Shown here piece after piece: positions 1 to 12,511 of a DNA stretch of 64,000 nt. Source of the DNA: Lama glama (lineage: Eukaryota); assembly GCA_028534125.1 (NCBI GenBank), contig CM052817.1, positions 82,586,001 through 82,650,000 on the forward strand, written 5' to 3'. A program made the position numbers and the translations under genes. The notes beneath the pieces are model-generated. The model had not been told where the DNA came from. It was given only the letters and a program-made list of their open reading frames with translations, and did no database searches. The number at the start of each line of letters is the position of its first letter. Position 1 is the first letter of the stretch.

Positions 1-280
1 AACACTGAAAAGGTACAGCAATCTTGAAAATCCAATTTGGAAAGAATATTATTTGTTATCTAATTCATGAAACAAATACATTTGACTATATTTTACTGCC
101 ACCAAATATAACAACATATCTCACTCTTTAGGTTGAACTGAATGTATGTATTCTATAGGTTGCCTACAGAAAAAAATAATTAGAATAAATTTTAATTAAA
201 ATATCCAGAACGTTTATGCAGTTGAGTATGAGGTCAATAGACCATAAAGAAGTAGAGGTGAAATGTATAGAGTATGTGGA

Positions 281-700
281 GAATGTCATGCTAAGTGAAG
301 TAAGCCAGAAAGAAAGAAAAATACCGTATCACTTACATACAGAATCTAAAAAAAAAAAATGAGACAAGTGAACTTATTTACAAAACAAACAGACTCACAG
401 ATGTAAAAAACAAAATTGTGATTACCGGGGGGAAGAGGGTGGGAAGGGATAAATTAGGAGTTTGAGATTTGCAGATACTAACTACTATATATAAAGTAGA
501 TAAATAGCAAGGCCCTACTGGATAACACAGGAAACTACACTGAATACTTTGTAATAGCCTATAATGAAAAAAGAATCTGAAAAGGAACATATATATATAT
601 ATAGATATAGATATATAGATATAGATATAAAACTGAATCACTATGCTGTACACCAGAAATTAACACAAATTGACTATATTTCAATAAAAAGAAATTTAAA
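281..700 (+). mobile_element. 5'-truncated L1 3' UTR, cetartiodactyl/camelid-type
   Basis: Contains ctaagtgaagtaagccagaaagaaagaaaaatacc, acagactcacaga, gggaagggataaattaggagtttgagatttgcagatac and the terminal gctgtacaccagaaattaacac...ctatatttcaataaaaa. These motifs are shared with other L1 copies in the window. Confidence 0.92.
589..629. repeat. (TA)n/(GATATA)n microsatellite within L1 3' UTR
   Basis: atatatatatatatagatatagatatatagatatagatata seen directly. Confidence 0.9.
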
Positions 701-2451
701 AATTTTTTTAAAAGTTAAGTGGAAATATTTAAAAGCTTGAAGGTCAGTAATTAGACTTGTACATTTTGGGGTTTTATCAGTGCTTTTTTATAAACTAAAA
801 ATGAGTTCTCATAAAGATTAATGTATCTGAATATTATTTGGAGGCATACTATATAACTTTTAATTTATTCATTTAAATTTACCTGCTTTAAATCAGAAAA
901 AGGAATTATCATTACACTACTTCAGCCATGCCCAAAAGAAGTAAAGAATACTCTCCGAACATAAAATGGTAGTTTGTCTTTCTCACTCTTTCCAACTTTA
1001 TATTCCAACTTTAATTTCCCCCTGAAACCAGGAACACATACTGATCCATGGAACTGTAAGGATTGAATCATTATTTCTTCCCCTTCTCATGTTATGATTT
1101 GAGGTTGGGATCCATCATAAATATTAGTATTATCATCTGGATCTGATTAAATGTAATGGATACGCAGTTTTGGAAAATAACCCACTTTTTTGCCTATTAG
1201 TAAATAATATTGATTCTTCTTTACACAAATCACTAAAATTCTGTAACACCCAGTAAAATAATGGTCTTTAAAAGCTTGCCCAGCCTTGTGTATAAAGTTT
1301 TATTTTAATAGTTTAATTCAATCTGATTATTTTGTTTTTTACCATAATAGCTATGACATTACCTACTGATGTAAAATATTTTAAACATCCATAATTAAAA
1401 CCTAGGGGGAAGAAAGACAATAAAACTTCAAAACTGGTTTAAAGCTTTGCAGTAATATTTTACTGCCAAAGAAAGCAGATAAGACTTTCACACTGTGCTG
1501 AAAACTGCAGGTAATTAATTCCCATGGCAGAGAAGTGAAGGAAAAGCACATTCCATATTCTCAGGGCAAAATATAAAAGGAATTCACAGCAGATCCTGTG
1601 AGGTTTCAGCATTAACCTGTAAGGGACACTTAGAGTGGACTAGGATGTGTTGGGGGTGGGGGGGACGGGATGGGACTGTGAAAGTACAAATTATATCATA
1701 GAAATGCTTCTGGCAACACATCATCCACAACAGGAGAAAAAGCTCTAAGTGATACAACAAACGGTGTCTCAAGTTCCTTACTCATTTCACGTTTAGCCAA
1801 ATCACTGACTTTCTTTTTCCCTGTCATGCTTTCCTAGCTCAGCCACATTTAATGTCAGATGTAAGAGTGTCCCTGGCTTTTTGCTTACTTTATTTTCTGA
1901 CTTTTAAAGAATAGAGGATTCTTTAGGATTTGTAATTCTGCTTTGCCTTCTCCATTTCAGTCATTGATTTCAAGGGGTAATCTGTAGTTCATCAGTAACT
2001 CAAGGAAGTATGTGTGATCTCATGAATCCTGGCGGTTTTAAGACGAAGGTGGGGTGGAGTGAGTAGAAGACAAAGGCCTGCACACCATTAACGAGGAAAG
2101 CTTGTAATTTTCCAGGATTTGGCCAAGAGTTGACTGTTTGAAACTGCCTGCAATGTGTTTGATAGATACATCAAGAGGAAATACAGTAAACAATCCACCG
2201 GGGGGCCAGAGCAGATCATAGCATCAGATACACAGCAGTTGTAGAATATAGACTTCAAGTTCTTCACAAGAAGCATTCAGGTGGGCAGCGTTCTGCCTAT
2301 CATGATTATGCCACGTGTAGAACAAGGAGAATATATTTTTACAGCGACTATCTATATATTTTAAATCATATCCTCAAAACATACCTTGACTAAAACATTT
2401 TCTCATAGATTTGAAGAGTTAATAAAAGCAGTTTAGATGAAAAATATACAA

Positions 2452-3180
2452 AGGAACCCTCCTACACTCTTGGTAGAAATTAAATTGGTGCAGCAACAAT
2501 GGAGAACAGTATGGAGGTTCTTTAAAAAATCAAAAATGGAGTTCCCATATGATCCAGCAGTCCCACTCCTGGGCATATAGCTGGAGAAACTCTAATTCAA
2601 AAAGATACACTCACTCCAATGTTCATATAGCAGCAATATTTACAGTAGCCAAGACATGGAAGTAATCAAAATGTCCATCGACAGATGACTGGATAAAGAA
2701 AATACGGTGTGTATGTATATACACACACACACATACACACAATGGGGTATTAGCCGTGAAAGATAATAAAATAATGCCATTTGTAGCAACATGGATGGAC
2801 CTAGAGATTATCTTATTCAGTGAAGTTAAATCAGAGAGAGAAGATAAATAACACTTATATGTGGAATCTAAAAAATGATACAAATAAACATACAAAATGG
2901 AAGCAGACTCACAGACGTGGAAAGCAAACTTCCAGTTACCAAGGGGAAAAGGAGGGAGGGATGAATTAGCAATGTGGGATTAGCATGTGCACACTACTCT
3001 ATATCAAATAGATAAGCAAGGACCTACTGTGTAGCACAGGGAACTACATTCAGTATCTTGTAATAACCCATAACAGAAAAGAATCTGAAAAAGTACATAT
3101 ATAATCTGAATCGCTTTGCTGTACATCTGAAACTAACACAACATTGTAAATCAACTATACTTCAGTTTTTTTCAAATGGA
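2452..3180 (+). mobile_element. 5'-truncated L1 (ORF2 C-terminus plus 3' UTR) with 12-bp TSD
   Basis: Starts aggaaccctcctacact...tggtgcagc...ccatatgatccagcagtcccactcctggg (L1 ORF2 end). TSD aaaaatatacaa at 2440-2451 and 3181-3192. Confidence 0.93.
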
Positions 3181-3524
3181 AAAAATATACAATACTTGAT
3201 CCTTCTTGAGGGCAGAATTCACAAAATGGTTTTAAGAAATCTATGCAAACACCTGTGAGAATGGTAAGCTGCAAAAAGACCTAGACACTATCCCATAGTT
3301 ATTTCTATTTTTCCCCATACTTCATAAAATTTAAAGAATTCCAGAATTTTAAAGGCTATGTCTGATAAGCACGAAGGTCCAACAATTGCAGGTGCCCTGT
3401 GTATCTATTAAATGCCACTGAAACTACTGACAGATTTGGCTCATGTGCCAGTGGAGTCTTCTGCCATGCCAAATCACTGCATAGGGGAAGAGAGAAGAGA
3501 AGGAATTGCATGTTATTTTTCCAG

Positions 3525-3690
3525 ATGGTGTTTCTGAAGCAGTATTCTACAAACCATAAGAGTTCTAGAGATACACAATCCCATTATCAGTGGTGAGGGA
3601 GGGTGACTGGAGGGCCAGTAAGCAAATACCTTTGAGTTCCGCAAATACTTTAATCAGAGTAGGTTTGCTTTTATCTGCTTTACAGTCTGG
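3525..3690. mobile_element. Possible ancient hAT-Charlie non-autonomous fragment
   Basis: tttaatcagagtaggtttgcttttatctgcttta resembles MER102/MER113-type consensus from memory. No TIRs confirmed. Confidence 0.3.
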
Positions 3691-6600
3691 AAAACTTCTC
3701 CCACTTAAACTGTCAGTACACTATAAACGCTGTTCTAGTACCAGATGAACGATCCAGATCTCAAATGCACATATGTAAAAAGAAGAACAAATTGTGTGTG
3801 TCCTAATTGTTTTTACTGCTAAGCTGTTAGAGCACATATAAGGAATGTGCTGTTGTGGTCTTTGTGTCCCTGCTTAACAGAGATTGCCAGGTAAACAATT
3901 ACAATTAACAAAGGCTTTTCCACTCCATTTGTTAGTTTCAGTGTGTCGTTACCACTCAACACAAAACTCATAAAAGCATAGCAGTAATTCCTTAATTATC
4001 AGAAGGACATTCGTTAGCTTTCAGAGTTGTGAGTTTTGTTTTAGTTTGTTTTTCTAGTTCAATCTGTATTGACCCCACAGTGTTCACGAGGTATTACACA
4101 ATTGTGACAATAGGTGCAGGTGAGTTTTGCAAACCAAAATGCTCTGAAATGTGAATGCATGCTTTTCCCTGAAGAGCTATTATTAAACCAATGGCCTCAT
4201 AAAAATCTATCTTAAAATCAGATAATTAATAGCTGATGGTTGCTGTTAAGAATATCTCTCTGGTGGATTCTTTTGATCTTGAAGCAATTTAGCCATATAA
4301 GTATCAATACTAAGTTGGATACGATTCCCCCCACCCCCAACTTCCATAGACAAAAAGAGACTGATTGATTCAGCTTGATGACTGAATTCTGAGTAGTAAA
4401 AGCTCAAATCTTTCTCTACCCTTTTCTTCCCAATAAATCCAAACTGCCTTTGCAGACAGGTTTGACTGTATTAGTATGTAAAATGGGATGACTGTCTGAT
4501 TCCCGCTATCCTATACACAGAAAGAGTGATACTCACATTTTTTTTCACTGGGTTCTTTGTGTCCCTGAAGGCTTGAAGGTGCTGATTCTTCTACCTGTCT
4601 TAGCTATCAACAGGGTATCTTTCCCAGTCAGGCTGAGGTTATAGCTTATTACACCTGTTGTCCTGCCATTCTCGATTTTACGGCACACACAGCACTGTAT
4701 TTGGTATGTCTTTGAAAGCCTCACAGAACACAGCACAGTTTCTAGGCCACTGCAGGCCTTATCTATGTCTGTGTGTCTGTTACACACGTGTGTGTGCATG
4801 CGCATGCATGAGAGATGTTGACTTTTGAGAGATCCGAGTTTTAGAAAGGAGACACATGGTGCTGACTTCAGTTTGCACTAAGATAAGGAGGTGTTTGGGT
4901 TATTCACCCTCACTTGACTCAGTCCCTGGCTGATGTATAATAAAAGTGCACCTGAAAAATATGGTTTCCAACAAGTCATCTTTCTAGAGGGTAAAGAAAT
5001 ATCAAATCTGTAACATTTTCCCCAATGTAAAAATTATCATCAATGATAAACTCTTGAAAGCAATGAAGCGTACTAGTTGACTCTCAAAAGTGTTTTTGAA
5101 AACCTATAAATAAAATATCTATTTGAATTGGTGAATAGTAGTTTTCCAGCTAAAACTGACTTGTTTTCTCATTACCCACCCCCAATCTCCTTATTTAATT
5201 CAGATGCCTTTAGTTTATTGGCTTGGCCATTAAAGCATAACCAAAAAGAAAAAGAAAAAGTTTCTTGCTTTCCAAAAGTATTTTAGAAAATTGGGTTCAC
5301 TTTTGGTTTCACATTAATTTAGGATAATCACATAAGTTGTTGACAAATAAACATTCAAGAAATTTTTATAAAGGATAATCTTGGCAAACCACAACAGCCT
5401 TTAAACTTTACTTTAAATTAAAATTCTAGCAGTTCATTATGTTACTTTGTGCCAGGATAAGGCTATAAATGACTCTCATATTCAAAAGAATGTTTCCATT
5501 TAAAATTTACATTTACAAGTTTAATACGATGTTGGAGCTCATTCTATTCACAGAAAATATACTGAGTTGTATAACTTAACTTTATTAGAAACCTAACTCA
5601 CATTGTTCCTTGAATCAATTTAAGTTAGTTTATAGTTTTTTTATGATGAAATTTGGTAGGTAAATTAGTGATAATGATAGAATCTTAAAGTAAATTACTA
5701 AATAGTTAAATACAGATAAGTTATTTATTATGAAGTTAGTGTGTTCAACTATTTAATCGTAAATCAGTTTTGAATTTCCTATTACTTTGTGATCAGTTTA
5801 AGCAGATTGTTTGGACTATTCTGATGTTAGGTTTAATTTTAGAATATAATTTATAGAAGGTATTTAGAACTGTACTGAGTACATTAAAGACACATGGCAT
5901 GTGGTTTCAACCCAAAGGAGATGCTTCATCCACTATGAGAAATATTATGGCTAATAGATTTCCTATTGTATGTAGAGGGTAATACATTATAGGCCAGTTC
6001 TTTGAAAATGTAAATTGTAATCCTTAAAATTCTTGCAGAGTTTCAAAATTCTAAATTATGTGACATAATTGGCAATTTTTTTAGAAAAAAAATAAATGCT
6101 TGGAAATCATTTTGGCAACCAAGTTTCTTCTTGAATACTAACAAGTTCATATTCTGCATTTTTAAATGATTTAAATTTTGAGCACTATGGATGGCATGTA
6201 ATTCTCTCAGAAGACATATTCAATACCATGGATAAGTGTATGTCAGAAATAAAAAGAAAAATGTGGTAACTAAATTGGCTTCAGTGGGAAAACTAAAATT
6301 GATTTTTGTGAGAACCATAATGACCTGAATTTTATTTATGGCAAGTTGTATACGCGATTCTTCAAAAAAGTTCTGACCCGAGAAGCAGAGTTTGAACTAC
6401 TCCAGGGGAGAACAAACATCTATATTAAAGTGTTTATAGTGTTATTTTTTATTGGATCATCTAAGGAGAGGAAAGTGTTAACAAACCATTTATAATCTTC
6501 TATGTATCTTTCTTTAAAACACAACAGAAAGTGCTTCCAACTGTGCAGATACTTCATGTGAACACAAACATACATATACAGTCACACACACACATATACA

Positions 6601-6744
6601 CATGGGGGAAGATTTCCCAAGACTGAGAAGTAGCACAGTTATACTATTGAAATTGAAATGAAACAAAAACCTCTGGTCTATGTTGTGATGAGTAAACTAC
6701 CATGGGTGATCTTAGATGAAATGGAAAATATAAAAGATGTTTAA

Positions 6745-6885
6745 AACTGGCACACAGTGTAATTATGTATGGTGACAGATGTCAGCTAGACTTACTGTGG
6801 TGATCATTTTGCAATATATGTAAGTATTCAATCATGTTGCATACCTGAAACTAGTTCGTTGTATGTCAGCTGCACCTCAGTAGAT
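6745..6885 (+). mobile_element. Old L1M 3'-end fragment
   Basis: tatggtgacagatgtcagctagacttactgtggtgatcattttgcaatatatg...tacctgaaacta...tatgtcagctgcacctca is an L1M 3' terminal motif. Confidence 0.75.
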
Positions 6886-7149
6886 AGGCAGATTTCAAAG
6901 AGAAAAAAAGTGGTATGTATATAGGTTATGGAGAAATATAGACTGGTATCTGCTGTCTGCTAACTGTGCACAAATATAATAAAAAACCCATGAATTACTA
7001 CTGTATAACAGGTACAGGGAAACAATATTGGCTGTATTATCCAGATGAGAAAACTGATGCAGACAGTATCTAACTTGCTCCTGATTGCACAGGTATGTAT
7101 AAGAGATAGAACTCTTGATTTGAATCTAAATCTGAATTTCAAGATGACT

Positions 7150-7240
7150 CATGGCTTGGTTATGTGGGTCACATAAGGCAATATTTGTAAAATGCCAAAT
7201 ATAGTGCCTGAAGTACAGTAACTATTAAAGGCTAGCTACA
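7150..7240 (+). mobile_element. MIR fragment
   Basis: aatatttgtaaaatgccaaatatagtgcctgaagtacagtaa resembles the MIR 3' part. Confidence 0.5.
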
Positions 7241-7754
7241 ATTATAGAGCTTTATTAACAATTAGCTCCTACCCTTTTGGAGATGCTGGGCAATTAAATA
7301 GAAAATAATTTTGCATCCATCTTAATCTTCAATTCCATATAGACTGATTATAATCCTATGGAAAGACACTTATGAATATAAAATAAAATGAGAAAGTGTA
7401 ATAAGCTGAACCTGTGCTGTATGTTATTCCAATACCTTGTTTCTCAAAGTGACAACAGTTGCAGTAGTGCTTGGTATTCCGTTTCCTAATGCCATCCTCA
7501 ACAGAAATTCACTTGTGACAATAGCCCCAAATTCCATTATTTATTAATAATGCTGTCACAACATTTTTGCATTTAAGTTCTTCCATAATCTTTGTCAAAG
7601 CCTACCACATATCTTTGGATGGTAAGGGTGAGGTTGGAAGGAAGGGAGTTCTTAGGCGATCAAATCCTTTCTAGCCATATTGTAAATATCAACCTAACTT
7701 TCAAACTCTCTCTTTTGTTTAACATTTCTTCCAAAACAAATATGCTGCTCTAAT

Positions 7755-8000
7755 TTTGTCACAAATGCTGTGCCGAACATTGAAGATGCAGTAGTGTGCA
7801 GAGAACCCACTGTGCCTTGCTGCTGTAGCATTTAAAGCCTTTACTGAAATTCAGACAATACAAGCTCTGAATACAATAAAGGTGTGATAAGTGCTTTGAT
7901 AAGGAAAGAATAGAGTGCCCTGAGGTCAAATGCAAGGAAGCCCTGCCCAGATTAAGAGTCAAAGAATTTCCCCAGAGAGAGAGAGAGGTTAAGGCTGAGA
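7755..8000 (-). mobile_element. L2 fragment
   Basis: gtgataagtgctttgataaggaa...gagtcaaagaatttccccagagag...ggctgaga resembles an antisense L2 3' region. Confidence 0.55.
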
Positions 8001-8494
8001 ACTGCTACAAATTATAAACTGTGATCCCTGGTTTCGGTTTTTTTCAATCCTAATGAAAATCTTATCTACCCACCAAACCATACTTGATAAAAATTTTATA
8101 GGCATTGATTATATTCTTACTTTTGGACTTCTGGGCCCAAACCAAATGAAACAAGTATTGTTAAACAATTAAGTAAGTTATAAAAAGAGCGAAAGTGGTG
8201 TCTCCCAAAAATGTATTTTAAATGGATACATATTCAACTGCTCTAAGCCTTTAAGGAGGACAGAACTAGACAAATTGATTTGCCTGCCGTGCATATGAGT
8301 GTGTGTGTGTGCATAATGTTTTAATTATCCCAAAGAAGCATTATATCTGATGGCATAATCAATTATTTCTTGTTTACTATTTCATAAAATGAGACTGCAC
8401 TACAAACATTGTAATATGTGATACTCTAAATATAAGGGATTATAGTAAAATTTGAGTCAAAAATAATGAACAGAATTAAGAATTACATAAAAGA

Positions 8495-8615
8495 CATGTT
8501 AATTAGATGTATTGTGGTGACTATTTCACACAGTATACAAAAATTGTATAATCATGTTGTATATCTGAAACTAATATTAATTCTCCATGTCAATTATACC
8601 TCAATTTAAATTTTA
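8495..8615 (+). mobile_element. Old L1M 3'-end fragment
   Basis: gttaattagatgtattgtggtgactatttcac...catgttgtatatctgaaactaata...tgtcaattatacctcaatttaaa. Confidence 0.75.
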
Positions 8616-9049
8616 ATTTAAAAAAGTCATCTTTTGGTTTCACAGAAAAAAAAAAAGGAATATACAGACATCTGTGTATCCCTGTATAAGTGTTTCTGTT
8701 CATCTTAGCCATCAATGCTATCTATGGTTTCTTGTCAAGTGACCTATTTATACCATGGGCAACATAGGAAAACATGTTGTCACTGACAGAGAAGCAAATT
8801 GAGCAGCATTTTGGTAATTGAAAAGGTGTATCAAATCTTACATGGTGTGAACAAAAGCAAGCCAGCTTTTCCATCACAATGCCAGCAAACTGAACCGAAG
8901 AGACAAACTTTCTGCCAAAGAAAGAAAATAAAATCTAAACTTCAGATAATGATGTAATGAAATAAGCATAAAGTGAGGATAATAGTGATTCTCATCATTC
9001 TGTAAAGAATAAAATAGAAAATAGTACAGTTACACAAATCTCAAGTATT

Positions 9050-9205
9050 AGCTCATGGTTGCTGATTACTTGTCATATGGGAGGCTCATGTCCAAGTGAT
9101 TTGCATGTTTTTAACATCAAAACAATAATTAATCATTTTACTATTATTTATCTTCACCTTATAGATAAGGAAATTGAGACAAGTTGAGCGTGGCAATTTT
9201 CATAT
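9050..9205 (-). mobile_element. MIR, left part; interrupted, resumes at about 9943-10020
   Basis: ttatcttcaccttatagataaggaaattgagac is the antisense MIR core. MIR-like caggaaatgtggcttcaaagttgaagctctt follows the MLT1 element. Confidence 0.65.
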
Positions 9206-9206
9206 A

Positions 9207-9440
9207 TAGCTGACTCTTGAACAATATGGGTTTGAATTGCATGGATCTACTTATATGTGGGATTTTTTCAGTAGTAATTAGTACAGTGCTGCATAACCTG
9301 TGGTTGGTTGGATCCTCAGATGCAGAACCACGGATACAGAGGAACTGTGCATAGGAGGGCCAGCTATAAATTATAGTCTGACTTTCAACTGCACTGAGGT
9401 TTGGCGCCCCTAACCCCTGGAGTTGTTCAAGGGTTAACTA
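9207..9440. mobile_element. Tigger2-family MITE (MER8/Tigger2a-like, TcMar-Tigger)
   Basis: Terminal inverted repeats tagctgactcttgaacaat and gttgttcaagggttaacta (consensus CAGTTGACCCTTGAACAAC). Internal gggtttgaattgcatggatctacttata and gcgcccctaacccc. Confidence 0.85.
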
Positions 9441-9942
9441 CTCATCCACATGTTCTTTGGTATTCCTTCCTTCAAGAGGTGAAGCGTAAATCCCCTCTCT
9501 GCAGTGTGGGCTGGACTTAATGCCTTGCTTATTATTAATACAATATGGTTAAAGTACAACATGTGACTTATAAGACTCATTCATATAAGACATTGTTGTT
9601 TCCTCTTTGCTCACTCTGTCAGATCACTTGCTCTGAGGGAAGCCATCTACCATGGTGTGAGAACTCCCAAGCAGCCCTGAGGACAGGCTCAAGCAGTGAG
9701 TAACTAAGGCCTCTAGCCAACAGACAGTCAGGAACTTAGGCCTCTGCCAACATCCATGAGTATGAACTTGGAAGTGAATCCTCTGGCCCAGGCAAGCCCT
9801 CAGGTAAGTGCTACCTTGACTAACACCTTCACTCCAATTATCGAGAAACCCTGACGCAGACTCATAGAAAATGTGAGATAATAAGTATTTACTGTTCTAA
9901 GTCATTAATTTGGGGGTTAATTTGTTAACACAGCGATATACA
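9441..9942 (+). mobile_element. MaLR solo LTR (MLT1E/F-like)
   Basis: ttcaagaggtgaagcgtaaatcccctc...gtgggctggacttaatg; cacttgctctgagggaagcca; gaaaatgtgagataataag...ggggttaatttgtta...cagcgata. Confidence 0.82.
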
Positions 9943-10489
9943 TGTAGAGTTAGTTGACTTGTATAAATTGAATATTTGAAAATTAAATACAGGAAATGTG
10001 GCTTCAAAGTTGAAGCTCTTATATAAAATGGTGGTAGTAATGGCACTTCTTTGACTTTCTGCCATGTACTAAAAATTCTCCCTCACACTTCCAAGAGCAC
10101 CAATCAAAAGATAACATTTTATTTACTCTGGCTCAAATGGGTTATGTTCCTTGTTGAAAGCCACTGTGTTACCCAGGTAGAAAAAGATGGAAGGACATTA
10201 AGCACTCATTTAGGGCTACAACACTGATTAAATTAGGTAAAGAAAAACAGAGATTAGATACTGAGACTTTGGTACAATTTTATATTAACTATCTACAGGA
10301 AATCAGAAAAATAAGGTGATACTTGAAATCATTTTATAACAATTTTTATAAATATCATTGGATTGAAGATGGTACTATTACTATTGCTAATATTAATAAT
10401 ACTTAAACAGGTTAAAATAAGAAATTGAGTAGATATGTACTAGATAAGAATAAAGATAACATGTTATCTTTTTTTTGATATAGTCTTGT

Positions 10490-10705
10490 TATAGATAAAC
10501 ACATTTCTTCTGTAAAGGGCTAGACAGTAAATATTTTAGCTTTTGAGGACAATGAGAATTCAGTTATAACTATACTACTCAGCAACTGTAGTAAAAAATC
10601 AATCATAAATAATATATAAATAAATCATATGGTTTCATTCTAATAAAACTTTATAAAAACAAGTGGTTGGCTGCATTTAGACTGAGTTATACTTGGCTGA
10701 CCCCT
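10490..10705. mobile_element. MER58A-like hAT-Charlie MITE
   Basis: ttctgtaaagggctagacagtaaatattttagcttt...ttctaataaaactttat...aaaacaagtgg...gctgacccct. Confidence 0.82.
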
Positions 10706-12187
10706 TATCAAATATAAAGTACTTGATATAAAAGAAATAAGCATCTCTGATGTATTTTAGCTTACATTTTTGTCCTGTCTTAGACAATGCTATTCAGAAA
10801 TGGAGGCTATACAGATAGTACCAAAATGAACAGAAAGGACTTAGCTATACTCCCTGATCACAAATAAACAAGACCAAAACTGAAAGCTTTTTACAGGAAA
10901 AATGACAACAAAGGAGGATAGGGCTGAAGACTCTCCATGGAAGGTTATCATGAAACTGCAGGTGTGCGCAGAGTGATAGAAAGGTAGTGGGAAGAATGTT
11001 AGCTATTGTCTTAGTCCATTTGGGCTACTAGAATGGCATACTGTAGGCAGGGTGATTTTTAAACAAGAGAAATGTTTTTTTTACACCTCTGGAGGCTGGG
11101 AAGACCAAGACCAAGGTATCAGCAGGTTCTGTCTGGTGAGAATGTTCATCCTGCTTCACAGATGCCATTTTTCTCAGAAGAAGGAGCAAAGGGGTTCTCT
11201 TGGGCCTCTTCTGTAAGGGCACTAATTCCATTCTTAAAGGCTCCACGCTCATGACCTAGTTACCTCCCCGTCTTCTAATACCAACACACTGGGGGTTAAG
11301 TTTCAACACAGGAGTTTGGGGATGGCTCATATATTCAGCCTATAGCATTCCAGCCCTTTCCCCTGACCAAATCACATGTAAAATATGTTCATTCCATCTC
11401 AATAGTCCCAAAATTCCTAACTTATTCTGGCATCAACTTTAAACATCTAAAGTGCATAGTCTCATCTAGATATCAGCTAAATCATAAGTGGGTGAGACAT
11501 GAGGTTTATGTCTGATTTATCCTGAGGCAGAGTTTCTTTCCAGCTGTGAACCAGTGAAACCGAACAAGTTACGTGCTTCCAAAATGCAAAGGTAGGACAG
11601 GGATAGGAAAGATACTCTTATTCCAAAAGGGAGAAATAGGAAAGAAGAAAAGAGTGATCAGTAGGAAATAAGTCCAAAACCTAACTGGGCACATTCAATT
11701 AGACTTTAAGTTCCTTTACTAATCCTCTTTGGCTTGACGCTCTGCCTTCCAGACCTATTCGGGTAGCAGTGTCTCCCCACAGCCTGGAGGGGAGCTGCCC
11801 ACTCTGTGACTCTTTGCCAGGGCCCCACCCATGCCTTGGCTCCACTGGCTGTAACCCACGCTGCAGCTCTCTGACAGGGCCCCACCAATGGGACACTTAG
11901 GCAGACACATCCTGACCCATCTGCAGCAGAGAGGTGGCCACACCCATAGACAGAGTTCTTTTCCCTGGGCAGGTGTTGGTAATGGCAGGGACGTTGACCC
12001 CAGAGGTCATCCCCTGCCCTGAAGACTCATTCCTGTCTTCTGCTATGGCTGTTTAGGTCCATGATTTATATTCACATTAATCTCCTTATCAAAAAGTCAC
12101 TTGGCCACACACTTAGTGTTTTCTTCTGAAAAAGCTTTCTCAATTTACTGCAATATGGCTAAGCTGAGAATTTGCCAAATCTGTAAG

Positions 12188-12511
12188 TTATGGTTCCTCT
12201 TCACTTAGCAATTCAATCTTCAAATCATTTCTCTCTTCTAGCATTTTATAATAAGCTGTTAGGAAGAACCCATCCACTCCTTCAACCCTGTGCTTAGGGT
12301 TCTCCTCAGCTAAATATCCAATTTCACTGCTTACAAGGTCTACCTTCCAGAAAACACTACAACATGAACACAAGTCAGCCAAGTTCTTCACTATTTTATA
12401 ACAAGGAGCACCTTTTCTCCAGTTTCCAATAACATGTTTCTCAGTTACATCTGAGACCTCATCAGAGTGACCATTACCATCTGCATTTCTGCTAACATGA
12501 TTTATGTTCAT
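12188..12511 (-). pseudogene. Remnant of the MaLR internal (gag-derived) ORF, 107 aa
   Basis: HVIGNWRKGAPCYKIVKNLADLC...WKVDLVSSEIGYLAEE...FLTAYYKMLEERNDLKIELL matches the characteristic MaLR-int ORF motif (IGNWxKGxxCY...LGYLAEEISKQ) as I recall it. Confidence 0.85.

Noticed and set aside
2116..2280. 165-nt plus-strand exon-like unit (ttttccag|...CAG|gtgggc)
   Set aside because: Stop codons in all three frames and only moderate splice sites.
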